Positions 10,721-21,799 of a DNA stretch of 23,163 bases are shown piece after piece. Every line of letters starts with the position of its first letter. Position 1 is the stretch's first letter. The notes under the pieces were generated by a model. The model saw nothing but the letters and a program-made list of their open reading frames with translations. It ran no database searches and had not been told where the DNA came from. The stretch lies in NCBI GenBank assembly GCA_013239625.1, contig MU053472.1, positions 3,829,410-3,852,572 on the forward strand. The letters are read 5' to 3'. Origin of the DNA: Lama guanicoe. Taxonomy: Eukaryota. The position numbers were made by a program, and so were the translations under genes.

Positions 10721-12294
10721 ACATTTTATAAAAGGTAAAACCCACTTGCTCTCCGTTTATTAGCCATTCCTCAGTATGTGCAGTATGTATACAGTCAGCC
10801 AAAACAGTGCGGGAAGTGCTTAGAGCTGCCACGCAGTCTGAGCTCTGACTCAGCAGTGTGCCTGCGCTGGGGCTTTGTGTCTCGTAGCCACCTGGTGTTG
10901 CTAGTGAGTCAGTGTCTCTTGTCACCTGTGACCTGGAGTGTGTGGGAAGGAGGGAGAGATGCTGACTCTTCAGTCAGCTGTCCCCCACCCCGTCCCTTGT
11001 CCTCTGAGGCCCATGAGAAGGAAACTGGGACTGGCCCGGGCTGCTCAAGTCGCCACTCACGGGTCCTCCTCAAACCAGAACCGTTTTCTCTGCCACCTTA
11101 AAACTCAGGGAGCGGTCTGTTAACCCAATTCCAATGGGGGTTTTCAAGGACCTCCCCAGCCCAGCCAACTGAACAAGCCTTGGGGGGAGTGGGTGGTTTG
11201 CATTGTTCAAGTTCAGTGTGAAAGGAGCCTTGGGAAGCAGCGCCACCAGGCCAGAGCTTACATCCAGAGGGGAAGAAGCGGCGTTTAGCAAGAGTGCCGA
11301 GGCCACGCAGCCAACGCCCAACTTTCACTGGCTTTCTCGAAAAGTCCCTTGGAAATCCCCAGCTGCTGTCCTGCGTGTCTGACCCGGACGTGGCTGCCTG
11401 GTGAGAATGGAAACAGTTGTGGGGAGGGGAGGCAAGAGGAGCCGGCACGAATAACCACACTCACGCTGCCTCAGCCCCGCGCCGGGCTGGGGCCCTAACT
11501 GTCAGCCCTGCAGGAAGCGAAAGGCAGCCGCGCTGGGGCTGGGGGAGGGGCGGCCAGCTGCAGCGACCGGACTTCACAGGCTCCCGCGGGCCCTGCCTGG
11601 CAGCGGCCGCTCAGTTCGCTTTCTCGCTCTCTCTAGTCCTCGAACCTGCTTGTGGCGCCCCCTCAGCAGCCCAGACAGGCAGTAAGGTGCAGGAGTTGCA
11701 TCCCCTGTTGGGAGCCAACGAGGCTGAAACGGGTCGTCGGTTCACCGCCTGGAAGAGAGCCTGCTTTGTGGAAGGGAGGTTCCAGGCGCTGGTCTGCTGC
11801 CCCTGGTGCCTGTCCAAGCCCAGCCCCATTCGGACTGCTGAGGTCCCATGTCTACCCCAAGGGCCCGGGCTCTCGCGCGGCAGGCTGCCTTCTCCTTCAG
11901 AAAGTCGAGGCTCCTCCCTAGTTCAACAAGGGACAGACTCGAGTCAGATGAGAAACAGCTGTGACCTGGCTGCCTTCCCCTGGCCTGTCTTTTCCTCACC
12001 CTCCACCCCCTACCCGCCACGGGCTGCGGGCTTAGGGGCAAAGTGACAGTGCAGTGCTGAATGCAGCCTCCAGCCCAAAGCAGGCATTGATAGCTGACAG
12101 AGCAAGGGTTAGAACCTTCTGGTCTTGGAGAGAGCAGTTTCCCAGAGTAATGGGCTGGGCTGGTAAGGGCCTAAACTCAGCCTGGGCTCTTCATGCTTGC
12201 GGGGCTGGGGCCTTACTCCTCTGGGCATGGCCATTACCTCCTTATTCCCAGCCTGTTTGTAACCTGCTGTTCAGTCCTCAAGTCCCCTCACTGA

Positions 12295-12297
<3 letters not shown>

Positions 12298-12335
<38 letters not shown>
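12298..12335. repeat. (GT)19 microsatellite
   Basis: Uninterrupted 38-nt GT run. Confidence 0.98.
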
Positions 12336-12337
<2 letters not shown>

Positions 12338-12342
12338 CAGAC

Positions 12343-12555
12343 AGGTAGGTGAGGTTTAAGAACAGACTAATAATATCTCACTTTGTCTGGTTCATATTTA
12401 GTATCAGTAAAGCCTTTCATTTAAATAGCATTTTACCAGTTGACAAAAGGTAGGTGAGGTTTAAGAACAGACTAATAATATCTCACTTTGTCTGGTTCAT
12501 ATTTAGTATCAGTAAAGCCTTTCATTTAAATAGCATTTTACCAGTTGACAAAAGG
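12343..12555. repeat. Perfect 105-bp tandem duplication
   Basis: 12343-12447 is identical to 12448-12552; AGG recurs at 12553-12555. Confidence 0.97.
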
Positions 12556-12700
12556 GCTTTCACATCCATTCTTTTATCTGACCCCCCACAAAACCCCTGT
12601 GTCACAGCTAACACCCTTATACAATGATGAAGAGACTGAGGCTCAGAGTTAAAGTGACCTGGCCATGACCAAGCAGTGGGGCCTTAGCTCAAGAAACGCA
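12556..12700 (-). mobile_element. MIR fragment
   Basis: 'gctttcacatccatt…aatgatgaagagactgaggctcagagttaaagtgacctggccatgacc'. Confidence 0.65.
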
Positions 12701-13241
12701 TCGCCCACACCCAGTTTAGCCTGCGCTCTGGTGTCGTCCTCCCCGAACACAGCAGGTTTGCTCCCTTTGTGATTTTTCCGCAGAACTAGAAAGTTACATG
12801 TCCCTACGCATTGAGCGCCCCCAACCACCCTGTTCCCACCACCTACATCTCTAGTCCTCAGATCTAAAGTTAGCCAGAGACAGGGAGGCAGCGTGGGGAA
12901 ATGGTCCAGGGAGGAGAGACTTGGGATTTACTCAACGGTCCCTGTGTGGAGCGCTGGGAAACTGGTCCAGTCCTCCAGTTCCCACCTGGCTGCATCTTCT
13001 TTTCCATTCCATCAGCTCTTATGTATCCGCTGGCCTGTGCCAGGTACTCCCCAGCTTCTCCTCTTTTTCTACTCACACCTTCCTCCACCTGCTGCACAGT
13101 TACGGCACCTTCGCGCTCCACTGGAACTGGGGCCAGTGTCCTTGCCTCCCAGCCCTGCTGTCTCCACCACCCACTTGCCCTGACTTTTCTAGGTCACTTG
13201 ACTTCTCTAAAACGAAGTTTCCTCTTTATAAAATGCAGTTG

Positions 13242-13454
13242 ACAAAACTCTGGTGTTAGGTGGCAGGAGAGTGGTTACTCGTGACAGGTTGGGTGGCGGA
13301 GGGCATGAGGGGCTCCTGAGGTGCAGGTTATAATTTTTTGATCTGGATGCTTGTTATATAGGTTGATTCGGTTTCTGAAAATTTACTGAGTTATGCACTT
13401 ACGATTTGTTCACTTTTCTGTTTGTACAGTTACACTTCAAATAAAAAGTTCGCT
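13242..13454 (+). mobile_element. Old L1 (L1MD/ME-like) 3' terminal fragment nested in a MIR
   Basis: 'ttttttgatctggatg…ttatataggt…tgaaaatttactgagttatgcacttacgatttgttcacttttctg…acttcaaataaaaagtt' is a typical old-L1 end with AATAAA 13440-13445. MIR-like halves flank it (about 13180-13241 and 13469-13570). Confidence 0.7.
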
Positions 13455-15899
13455 TAAAGCTGTAGTTGGCAATTCTTAGGATAGTTGTGAGAATCAAATA
13501 CAGCAATTTAGATAAAAGCAACTTGAGAGCTATAAATTGCTAAGTGTATCTAAGGGATTGTCATTATTCAAAATTGTCCCCGTCTAGATAAGTTCTAGGT
13601 TAGAATGTCACTCCTCTAGCATTGCTAGGCAAGAGATGTTCAAATGTATCTATCATACCCAAATACATCAAAACTGAAACATTTTCCTTAAAACACGATG
13701 ACTTTTTATCATAATCTCTTTTTTTAAATCATAATCTCTTTTTCTGTTATTTCATTTTTTTATGACCTAAGTTTTGTTTGTTTGTTAATATATACTTCCT
13801 TTCTATTTGGATATGAGGTTGTGGATGGATTTAATCTCTCCTTAGCTTAAGTCATTGTTATAAAACTTCCACTTTTGTATCATGTGGTGAAATGGTTCTG
13901 GGAAAACTGATTCTTTTTCTGCCTGTTGAATTCATATCAGCCCGTCAGCTGTCACTTCTGGTGCTCCTGTGCGGCTCTCCCCCTTCCAGTCTCATCTGAG
14001 CTAGGAGAACAGATGGCCACACTGGTAAAAACTGCTGTTGGGTAAGCCAATAAGGCTCGGACTGAGGAAGAAAGCGCCCGGCTGTCTGCCTGGGCCTTGG
14101 GGGCTCAGAGGCCTTCACCACCAGGAGGGTGAGGTCCAGAGAGTTGGGGCTGTGGAAAGAGTGAAGGCAGACCATGCAGAGGATGCGAGGGCTGACCTAA
14201 GTCAGCCCCCTCACTTTATGGGTGAGAGGACCCAGCCCCAAGGTCAGGGGTCAGCCTGACCTCAAGAGGGAGTCACTGCCACTCACTCTGTGTGTCCTCC
14301 AGTGCCTGGCTCAGTGCCTTTGCCTTCGGGTGCTTGTATTTCTCTTTGCTTTAGGGTCCCAGAATGCAGGAACTGAGTGCAGAGAAAACTTTGCCTGGGC
14401 TGCTGGCACCTAGATACCACCTCTGAGAAATAAGATAGGAAACCTCTCCGCTCTAGACCTCGGCATTCCTAGCCTCGACAGTCCCCCTAGGGTGGAGGGC
14501 AGGCATGATGGGGTCGTGGACAGAGGACCCGAAACCCATGCCCGACCCACAGCAGAGGAAGGCCTGTGCCTGTAGGAATTCAGGGAGCTAGCTGGCCCGG
14601 CTCAAGGACTGCATGCTGCTTTTCCTAACTGTGCACTCTCCTTCCTCCAAACTGAGCTCTTGTGCTGCAGAGAGAACTTGACGGAAGATAAGGTACAGCT
14701 TCAGACACCAGTGTGGGGAGACCCTAGGTTTACCCCCAAATGGATTCCTCATTCTTTCTTCCCCATCAACTGCCACCCTTTCAACCCCTCCCCCCATCCC
14801 GGAAAATACCTGGAAGGAAGTGCGCGCCCTGGGGCCACTAGCCGGAAGAGGGGGTTTAACTGTCATCTCGTCCCTGGGGGCTTGAGTAGCGGAGGGCAGA
14901 GGGGAAAATGCAAATCCATGCTTAGGAAAGAGGAGAACTCCAGAGAGAGAGGAAGAGGCTGGCAGCCACTGCCCAGCCTTCCTCCTGGGCTGGTGATCCC
15001 AGCAGGGGCTGCAGGGCCTGAACAAGAGTGATCTTAGGCCCAGGGGGGAAGCCGACAGCCACCCCAGCCCCGAGCAGGCAGCTGTGGCACCGGTACTTTC
15101 TCTGTGCAGCTGAGTAGACTCACTTCCTCTCAGCCCTGCACCCCAGGGGAGCAGGGAGATGGGGGCGGGGTCTGGAGCTCCGAAGAGCCAGGCGGAAAGA
15201 TGAGGAGATGGAGGAGGTCAAGGTGGGCACAGGGGTCACATCCCTGGTGAATCAGCCTAGGGAGAGTATGTGTGTTCTGCTTCTGCAGCAGGATGGAGCG
15301 AGCTTAGACTGGAAGGACCCCTCTGGCCTCTGCACCTCTCCTTCCCCATTATAGATACCAGAGGCCAGAATTGGGAACCACGTGGTGTCTTTGCAAAAGG
15401 GATCTTTCACAGCAACTGGGAGGCAGAAATATAAGGGAGAAGCAGGCTTTGGGCTAGAGCTACCAAGATAATAATTTGTGATATCAGTATGGCAGTGACC
15501 AGGTTCGAAACTGGCCACCTCCATTATTGCATGTGGTCCGCAGACCATCCTGAGAAAACCGAGTTTCAGTTATATTATTTGCCCATGGTCAGTGGCCAGG
15601 CAAGGCTATAGTGGTGTTTCAGCCCAGCCGTCCTCTCGGCTTCCCTTTAGTACTGCCTTCAGTGGCAGATGGGGACCCAGGGCCCATGGCCAGGGCAGCG
15701 GTGAGGGGTGGTTCCTCCTGTCTTCCTTTGCAGGTCAACCATCGGCATCACTAAGGTCTTCAGGATGAAGGCCTTAGCACCTCCCTATGCTCACTCACCC
15801 TTGGACCCTTCCTGGAGGGCCTGGGCCCCCTGGCCCTGACACCCCCACCTCCTGCTTTGCCCCAGGACTCTCACCAACACCTCCCACCTCAGCCGCAGC

Positions 15900-16095
15900 C
15901 CCATGACGCAGCTGCCCGCGCCCCATTGGCCGGCCTGGGGAGCATTTGCCCTTATTTGGCCAGGCCGCTCCTGGCGGGCCTCCACCCCCAGCCCAGCCCC
16001 CGCAGGCTTGTCTCTCTCACTTCGTCTTTTTGAGGTTTGGCTCTGGGGCCCTGGCAGGCGTCACTTCAAACACACTTTCTGGTTGAGTCACTTTT
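15900..16095. promoter_or_regulatory. Promoter/enhancer-like motif cluster
   Basis: TGACGCA 15904-15910, inverted CCAAT (ATTGG) 15925-15929, perfect CArG box CCTTATTTGG 15950-15959, CGTCA 16059-16063, AP-1 TGAGTCA 16084-16090, and local CpG enrichment. Confidence 0.55.
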
Positions 16096-16205
16096 TAACG
16101 GCTCCAGTGCCGTGAGCTGCTGCGGCTGGTGCTGCAGAAGCGTCCCCAGCCTTGGTGGCCACCTCCCCCAACCGACTGCTTAACAGGCTCCGAGGGAGGG
16201 AGCCT

Positions 16206-16224
16206 GGGGTGGGGTGGGGTGGGG
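16206..16224 (+). repeat. (GGGGT)4 potential G-quadruplex
   Basis: GGGGTGGGGTGGGGTGGGG: four G4 runs with 1-nt loops. Confidence 0.8.
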
Positions 16225-18249
16225 TTCGCCTTTGAAGAGACCCTTCAGACCACTTGGTTACCCATTTAGACCTCTCTGCTCCCTCCACCCCCAACTCCAC
16301 AAGCCTGGGGGCAGGGAAATCTGCCCCAGGTTCCTCTCACTGCTTTCTCCAACCCCCTTTTCCAACTGGGTTTGTGAGAACAGGCTGCATCTCCACTGGC
16401 TGTTGAGTGTCCACTCTGAGGTCTGCCAGGCCTGGTCCTTTTGGGGGCACTTTGAACTGAGTCTCTTAGGGAAACAGAAATGAGTTGCAGACTGTTGGCT
16501 GATTTTCAGGAAGGTGAAACTTAACCTCACTCTTTCCGGTTCCTCATCTCTGAGGTGCAGATACCATCATTTACATCACTGGGTCAGCATGATGATCAAA
16601 TGAGGTTCAGATTTTCTATAAAGTTCTCTAGACACCTTGGCTACTGCCCTTCCCCCCAGCTCAAAGTGTGGAACATGGAGGTGAACGAAGAAACTGAGCC
16701 CAGAGTAGTTCACGGGGTGGTCCTCACGGAGCTCTGTGTTCTTCCCACCCCTCCCCTTCTACTTTTCCAGCTGCCCCTGGGATGTGAGGAATCTTATGGA
16801 GGGCAGGATACTGGCAGGAGGGAAAAGACAGAAGAGTCCCCCAGCCCTTTGCCCCTGTTCCCAGCCAAGATAAGGGGAGGATTCTACCTGAGGTCCCTTT
16901 CCAGCCACCTTCCTTCTCTGAGCTATGTGAGGTCTGCCTTTGAGCCTGCTGAGGGGAAATCCATGGGCGGGTCTGGGAACACAGGACTTGCTGCTTCCTC
17001 CTCCAGGGTCCTTGGGCCCCCTTGCTCTGGGGGACTTCCTAGAGTACAAACATGTCCTTTGGTCAAATTTCTCTTCGACTTTATGGATGAAGAAACAAAG
17101 ACTGGGGGCTGGGGACAGATCCTGTGACCGGTCCAAAGTTTCACTGTAAATAGCCACAGGATGGGGACTGGACACTTAGTCTCTTACCTCCTAGTCTGGC
17201 CCTCTGTTTTGTGGTCCTGATGTTGGGAGTAGGTCATTGGGCTGATGAGAGATCTCAGTGGGTTCCAGTCAGGGATGATGTGCCTGGCCCCACTCTTGGG
17301 ATACACACACACACACAAACACACACGGAGTTTATCTGTAGCAGTTAAAACTGGAGCAGGTGCAGCTCTGCAAGTTAAACCAGGCACCTTTGTGGAGGGA
17401 GCCAGGAGGGAGTTTTCTCTCTTTCCCTTGCTGTGTCCCTAGAAGACCCCAGTGGAAGGTGCTTCTGGTTTCATGGCCACTCCCACAGCAGTGGTCACGG
17501 TGGCCTTCTCCCTCACACCCACCCCCCTTTCCTATTGAGCCCATCCTGCCTCTTTCCAGATGCTGTGGACAAAACCCTTAGCTTGACTAATTTGTTTTGT
17601 GACCTCAGGCTGCCTTCTGCGTCTCTCTGGCCTCATAGCTCAGTTTCCTGACTCTGAATTACCTGCCTGACCTTGCTGCTGAAAAGAACTTGGATGCTGT
17701 GATCCGGAGAGCCCAGCCAGACCCCCATCCCAGAGCAGAGCTGGCCTCCCAGGCACTGCAGCTGCCTCTCACCGGAGTAGCGCAGGAGAGGGTGAAGTTA
17801 AACTTGGGGGTGGTGGGGTGTCTGGGCAGTGCAGGCAGGGCTGATGGCAGGGCGTGCCCACCCCCCATGTCTGGAGGCCTCTCGGCACTCCTGGTGCCCC
17901 CAGGCTCTAGATGAGTCAGTGGCCTTCTTAAGCGCTGAGATGGCCTCTGCAGGGGACACGGGTGCTTTAGGATCTGGAGGGACGTCCCTCTCTCAGCACC
18001 TGCTTCCCTTGGCGTTGCCTCCGCCTCCCACCGCCACCACCGCTGAGGGTGGCCAAAGTCCCTACCATTTGGGACTCCTGACTCCAAATTGTCCTTAAGC
18101 CCCATCTTGCAGTGCTGGGGGCTCAGTTTCCCTCCTTCGTGGCCAGGCCTGCCCCCAAGCCTTGCTCCCTGGAGGGCCACCCGCTCGGCCTCTGACTTCC
18201 TGTTTGTGCTCGGTAAGCCCTGTGGCTTCTCTGTTGTTGCCTCTGCACC

Positions 18250-18284
18250 AGGCAGGTTATCTGGGCTGCCATCTTTGCCTGCCT
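18250..18284 (+). other. MIR4736: Positional ortholog of human MIR4736 sequence (probably not a functional miRNA here)
   Basis: AGGCAGGTTATCTGGGCTG (18250-18268) equals the mature hsa-miR-4736 sequence as I recall it. It lies about 4.7 kb upstream of MIR142 and is closed by CCTGCCT (18278-18284). Confidence 0.6.
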
Positions 18285-18489
18285 GTGAGCAAGGGCCCCA
18301 GGCCTGCACAGCTGGAGAGAAGGCTTGGTTTTCTCCGCCACCTTCCTATGCCGACAAGGCCCTCACATTTCTCCCACCCTCTGGGCCTGCTCTCCCTTGC
18401 AGATGCTAGGCCTTCAAAAGAACGTTTTTCTCCCCGTGTCTCCTCCTTGCCCAGTCAGCTTCTACCCGCTCTAATTCCTCGCTTTCCAA

Positions 18490-18890
18490 ACCCTGTTCCA
18501 TCTGTACTCACTTCCTCCAGGAAGCCTTCTTTGATGGACTCTGAAGCTGCCACTGCAGCATGGTCAGTCCAGCCGTGGGCCCTCAGCCTCACCCAGGACT
18601 GACGAGCTCTTGTCGGTGAGCCGTCGGTATGTGTGGGGGTGTATGTGTTCCGCTTCACCCTCCAGATTCAGCGGCCGCTCAAGAACGAGCCACAAGTCCC
18701 CAAGAGACCTGAAGCCATACACCTGCTTTAGGTATAAACTGCTCACTCACAGTGACACGCGAAGCTCCCCCACCCTGCACGTGTATCTGTATCTTGCCTA
18801 TCAGACTGGAGGTCCCTAAAGGCAGGGCCTGTGTCCTTTTCTCCTCGGGTTCACCTTTACCTGCCTCCAGCCTCCGCTTAGCACACAAAG
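18490..18890 (+). mobile_element. Degenerate LINE-2 fragment(s)
   Basis: 'tcacttcctccaggaagccttctttgat' and 'tcagactggaggtccctaaaggcagggcctgtgtcctttt…cttagcacaca' are L2 3'-region motifs. Confidence 0.55.
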
Positions 18891-19729
18891 ATGGGTGTCC
18901 CCAAGGTCAGTGAGGTCGGGGTGGGGGTGAGGGACCGTGAGCCTGGAGCCCTCCAGGAGGCCTAGCACAAGCCAGCAGCTGTGGCGCTCTGCCCGGTGGA
19001 AGGCTGTTCCCACTTTGTTTCTGATGCCAGTGGCCCCACACCTGCTCCTTCTCCCCTTGTGTTACCTCCCAGCAAGAATCTGACCCCTGAACTGGAATGA
19101 CCACGGAGCACATTTTCTAGCAGAGTCCGACAGAGCCCAGGCTGCCTGGGGAGTGCCTGGTTGAGCCCAGACCTACCACCAAGGGGCGGGGCTTGAAGAA
19201 TCAGCTCGAAAGCCTCTCTCCTCCACAAAGAGAGGCCTCCTCTCTCAACCACCTCCTCGCTCAGCCACTGGCCGTCCTCAAGGTGCAGTTTCTCTCATTC
19301 TGGGGAACTCAGGCAACAGGCAGGTGAGGGAGACGTCCCTCTCCCAGAGATGCCTGTGTTCTGAAGCTGCCCCCCACCTCCCTCCAGTCTCCGTCCCAAG
19401 CACTGGCCTCCGATTCCCAAGTGAATCTTCCCGGGTGTTTCCGGAGAGGAGGCAGGTGTGTCCAGGGGTGCGCAGTGGGCCTTCCTCAAAGTGTGTTTGT
19501 AGCCTTGAGCTGGGGTGTTGCCCACAGTGTGTGTCTGTGTGGTTCTGGACCTGCTGTGCCTCTTTAGAATGGGGACTGTGATTTTTTGAGCTCTTGGGTT
19601 GTGTGTGTGTATGTGTGTGTGTGTCTGCACAGGCACCCACCCCTTGTCCCTAGGGCTCCTGTCGCTAGATCATACAGGCCGCACACATGGGTGGCGTCAG
19701 CCCAGATCAGGGCTTCTATTGTTATTAGT

Positions 19730-19845
19730 GTTATTTTTGTTTTGTTTTGTCCCCCCCCCACCCCATGGAGGCACTGGGGACTGAACTCAGGACCTCGTGC
19801 ATGCTAAGCATGAGCTCCACCATTTGAGCTATACGCTCCCTGCCC
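19730..19845 (-). mobile_element. tRNA-Ala(AGC)-derived SINE, Vic-1-like (camelid)
   Basis: Minus strand reads GGGAGCGTATAGCTCAAATGGTGGAGCTCATGCTTAGCATGCACGAGGTCCTGAGTTCAGTCCCCAGTGCCTCCA, then a G-run and (CAAAA)n tail. It has A/B-box remnants and anticodon loop TTAGCAT. Flanking TTATTAGT at 19722-19729 and 19853-19860 is a possible target-site duplication. Confidence 0.8.
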
Positions 19846-21799
19846 TTATTTATTATTAGTTTTTTTTTTTTTGGATGAAGGAGCAGGGCTTCTAGTCTAG
19901 GCTCCTGTTCCATTCACCTGGTGATTCTTACTATCTCTGTGTCCTTATCTCAGACTCTGCACCTTCCTTGTGCTTGATTTTGTCTCTTGCGTCCCTGTTC
20001 TCTTGGTTTGAGGCCCAGCAGAGCTGGGAGTCATCACTGGGCTGGGGGAGACGTCCAGGGTATGGGGCCCTGAGCTGTGCCTCAGTTCCACCCCTCTTCA
20101 ACCCAAGCCTCAGGGTGGGAACCAGAGAAAGCCCCAGCCCCTCCAGAAACCACCTGACCTAAAGGCTCAGTGGATGGAGAGGATGGGCTTCAGTCTTCCT
20201 CCTAAAAAAAAAAAATAAATAAATCAGTGGTGGCCTTGGCCCAGGGCACTGAGGACAAACAAAGGAAAAGCAGCCTCTGTTGTCATAGAGGAGTAGGTAT
20301 CAGAGCAGGAGGGCAGGAGAGAGGCTGTGTTAGGGACAACTGAGGGACAAGCGTCTCAGGAACCTCAGGTCTGACTTGTTGCAGGTCACATGGTGAGGGA
20401 GCCTCTGGCAGAGCCGGGCCCCAAAGTCAAGCCCTTTGGCTCCCAGCCTGTGACCCTCCTTTGCTGGGAAAATACACTTCCGAGGTGATGACTCCAGGAG
20501 TACCTTAGACAGAAGGTTGGGGGGGGGGGCAGGATGCTCACAGAGGAGGGGCCCTGAAGGGTTGGGGTCCTGGAACCCAGGTTACTGCACCACTTTGATA
20601 TTCTTATCCTCTTATCGCCTGGGGCAGCCACTTCCCCTCCACCCAGGGTCTGAAGCAGTGGTCTGTTAAAGGAGCACTGCCCTATTTCTGGCCAGCTCGC
20701 CCTCCTCCCCACTGTCTCTTCAGACTCTGCAGGGGAAGGACCCTGTTCCCCTGTTCGCTGTCCCACTTAGGACAACAATTTTGCAGATTGAGAGTTGCCA
20801 ATCCTGAAGGAAAGGGTGCAAGGCAATTTTCCTCCCTGCTGCCTCCCCTCTACCCGGCCCACCCACGGCCCCGCACACCAACCTTCTGGGCCTCTGATTC
20901 TGAGAGTCCCCTATGCGCCTGACCCTGAATTGGGGGGAGGCCCAGAGAAGTGGCCCATGGCCTTCTGGAAAGGAGTCACTGGGTAATTCTCATCTAGCCA
21001 CCTCCTCGTCCAATCTATTCCTCTTGATTCCAGAGCCGAGCCCACTGACAGGCTTGGAGAACCTTGGGAAAATGTGTGACCCAGACGCAGCTCACCCCAG
21101 CCCCCCACCCAGACCCACACCCTGTTTCCTTCCCCCAGCCAGGGGCCCTGGGATGGGCAGCTTCCTGCCTTCCCCATGGGGAAAGCGGGGGTGGCATGCA
21201 GGTGGGCGGGCCCCGTGCCCACATCCGGTGGCTGCTAGAGCCTCTCCTTGGAGCCCCTTTCCCTCCAGTCCTCCAAGTCCAATGGCACCCATACCCTGCC
21301 TTAGACCCCAGGCCTCGCCACTGCTCTGCCCTGCCCTTCTATCTCAACAGGCCCTGAGGCAAGCATGAACAGTCTGGTGCCTAGAGGCCCATCTGGCCTG
21401 GGTGTGACCCCCGTACTGTGCTGAGGGCACAGGCCTGGTCTCCTGCAGGCTGGTGCTGGGGGCGGGGTGGCTACCTGGAGGATACTGTGATGTGCTGGCC
21501 CAGACCCCTGCCATGTATCTGTACCTCTGTGGCCTCTCTGGGCAGCACATTGAGAGGAGCCAGGGCTTGGTGTGTATGCCACTGCTGTCCCAAAGCAAAG
21601 GGAGTCTTCTGGGTTGGGGTCAGTGGGGGTGGGGCTCAGAAACAAGGTCCTTTCCTTGTGCTGGAATTCAGGACTCTGTTTTGGGCACTCACCGAAGGCC
21701 CTGACAGGGAGTCCTTAGCTCCTGGGGTCACCCCCAGTGCCCTGTGGCACTCCTGGATTCTTAAACTGTCCCAGAGCTGGTGCCATGGGGGAAGGGCAG

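Noticed and set aside
11238..11668. Possible CTCF sites (CAGCGCCACCAGG; GCGCCCCCTCAGC)
   Set aside because: Only half of the CTCF consensus matches in each case; cannot be supported without PWM scoring or ChIP data.
11417..12046. 209-aa plus-strand ORF in the CpG-rich element
   Set aside because: Non-ATG start, GC-driven Ala/Gly/Pro/Arg composition and no homology I recognise.
12343..12555. Repeat unit as a CRISPR-like array
   Set aside because: Only two contiguous copies with no spacers, in a mammalian genome.
17181..17191. Isolated minus-strand donor GAG|GTAAGA
   Set aside because: Could belong to an antisense lncRNA exon, but I see no matching acceptor or promoter, and such 9-mers occur by chance.
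19766..19840. Possible functional tRNA-Ala gene
   Set aside because: Degenerate T-loop/B-box (GAGTTCAGTCC), mismatched stems, an A-rich tail and a possible target-site duplication indicate a SINE copy.
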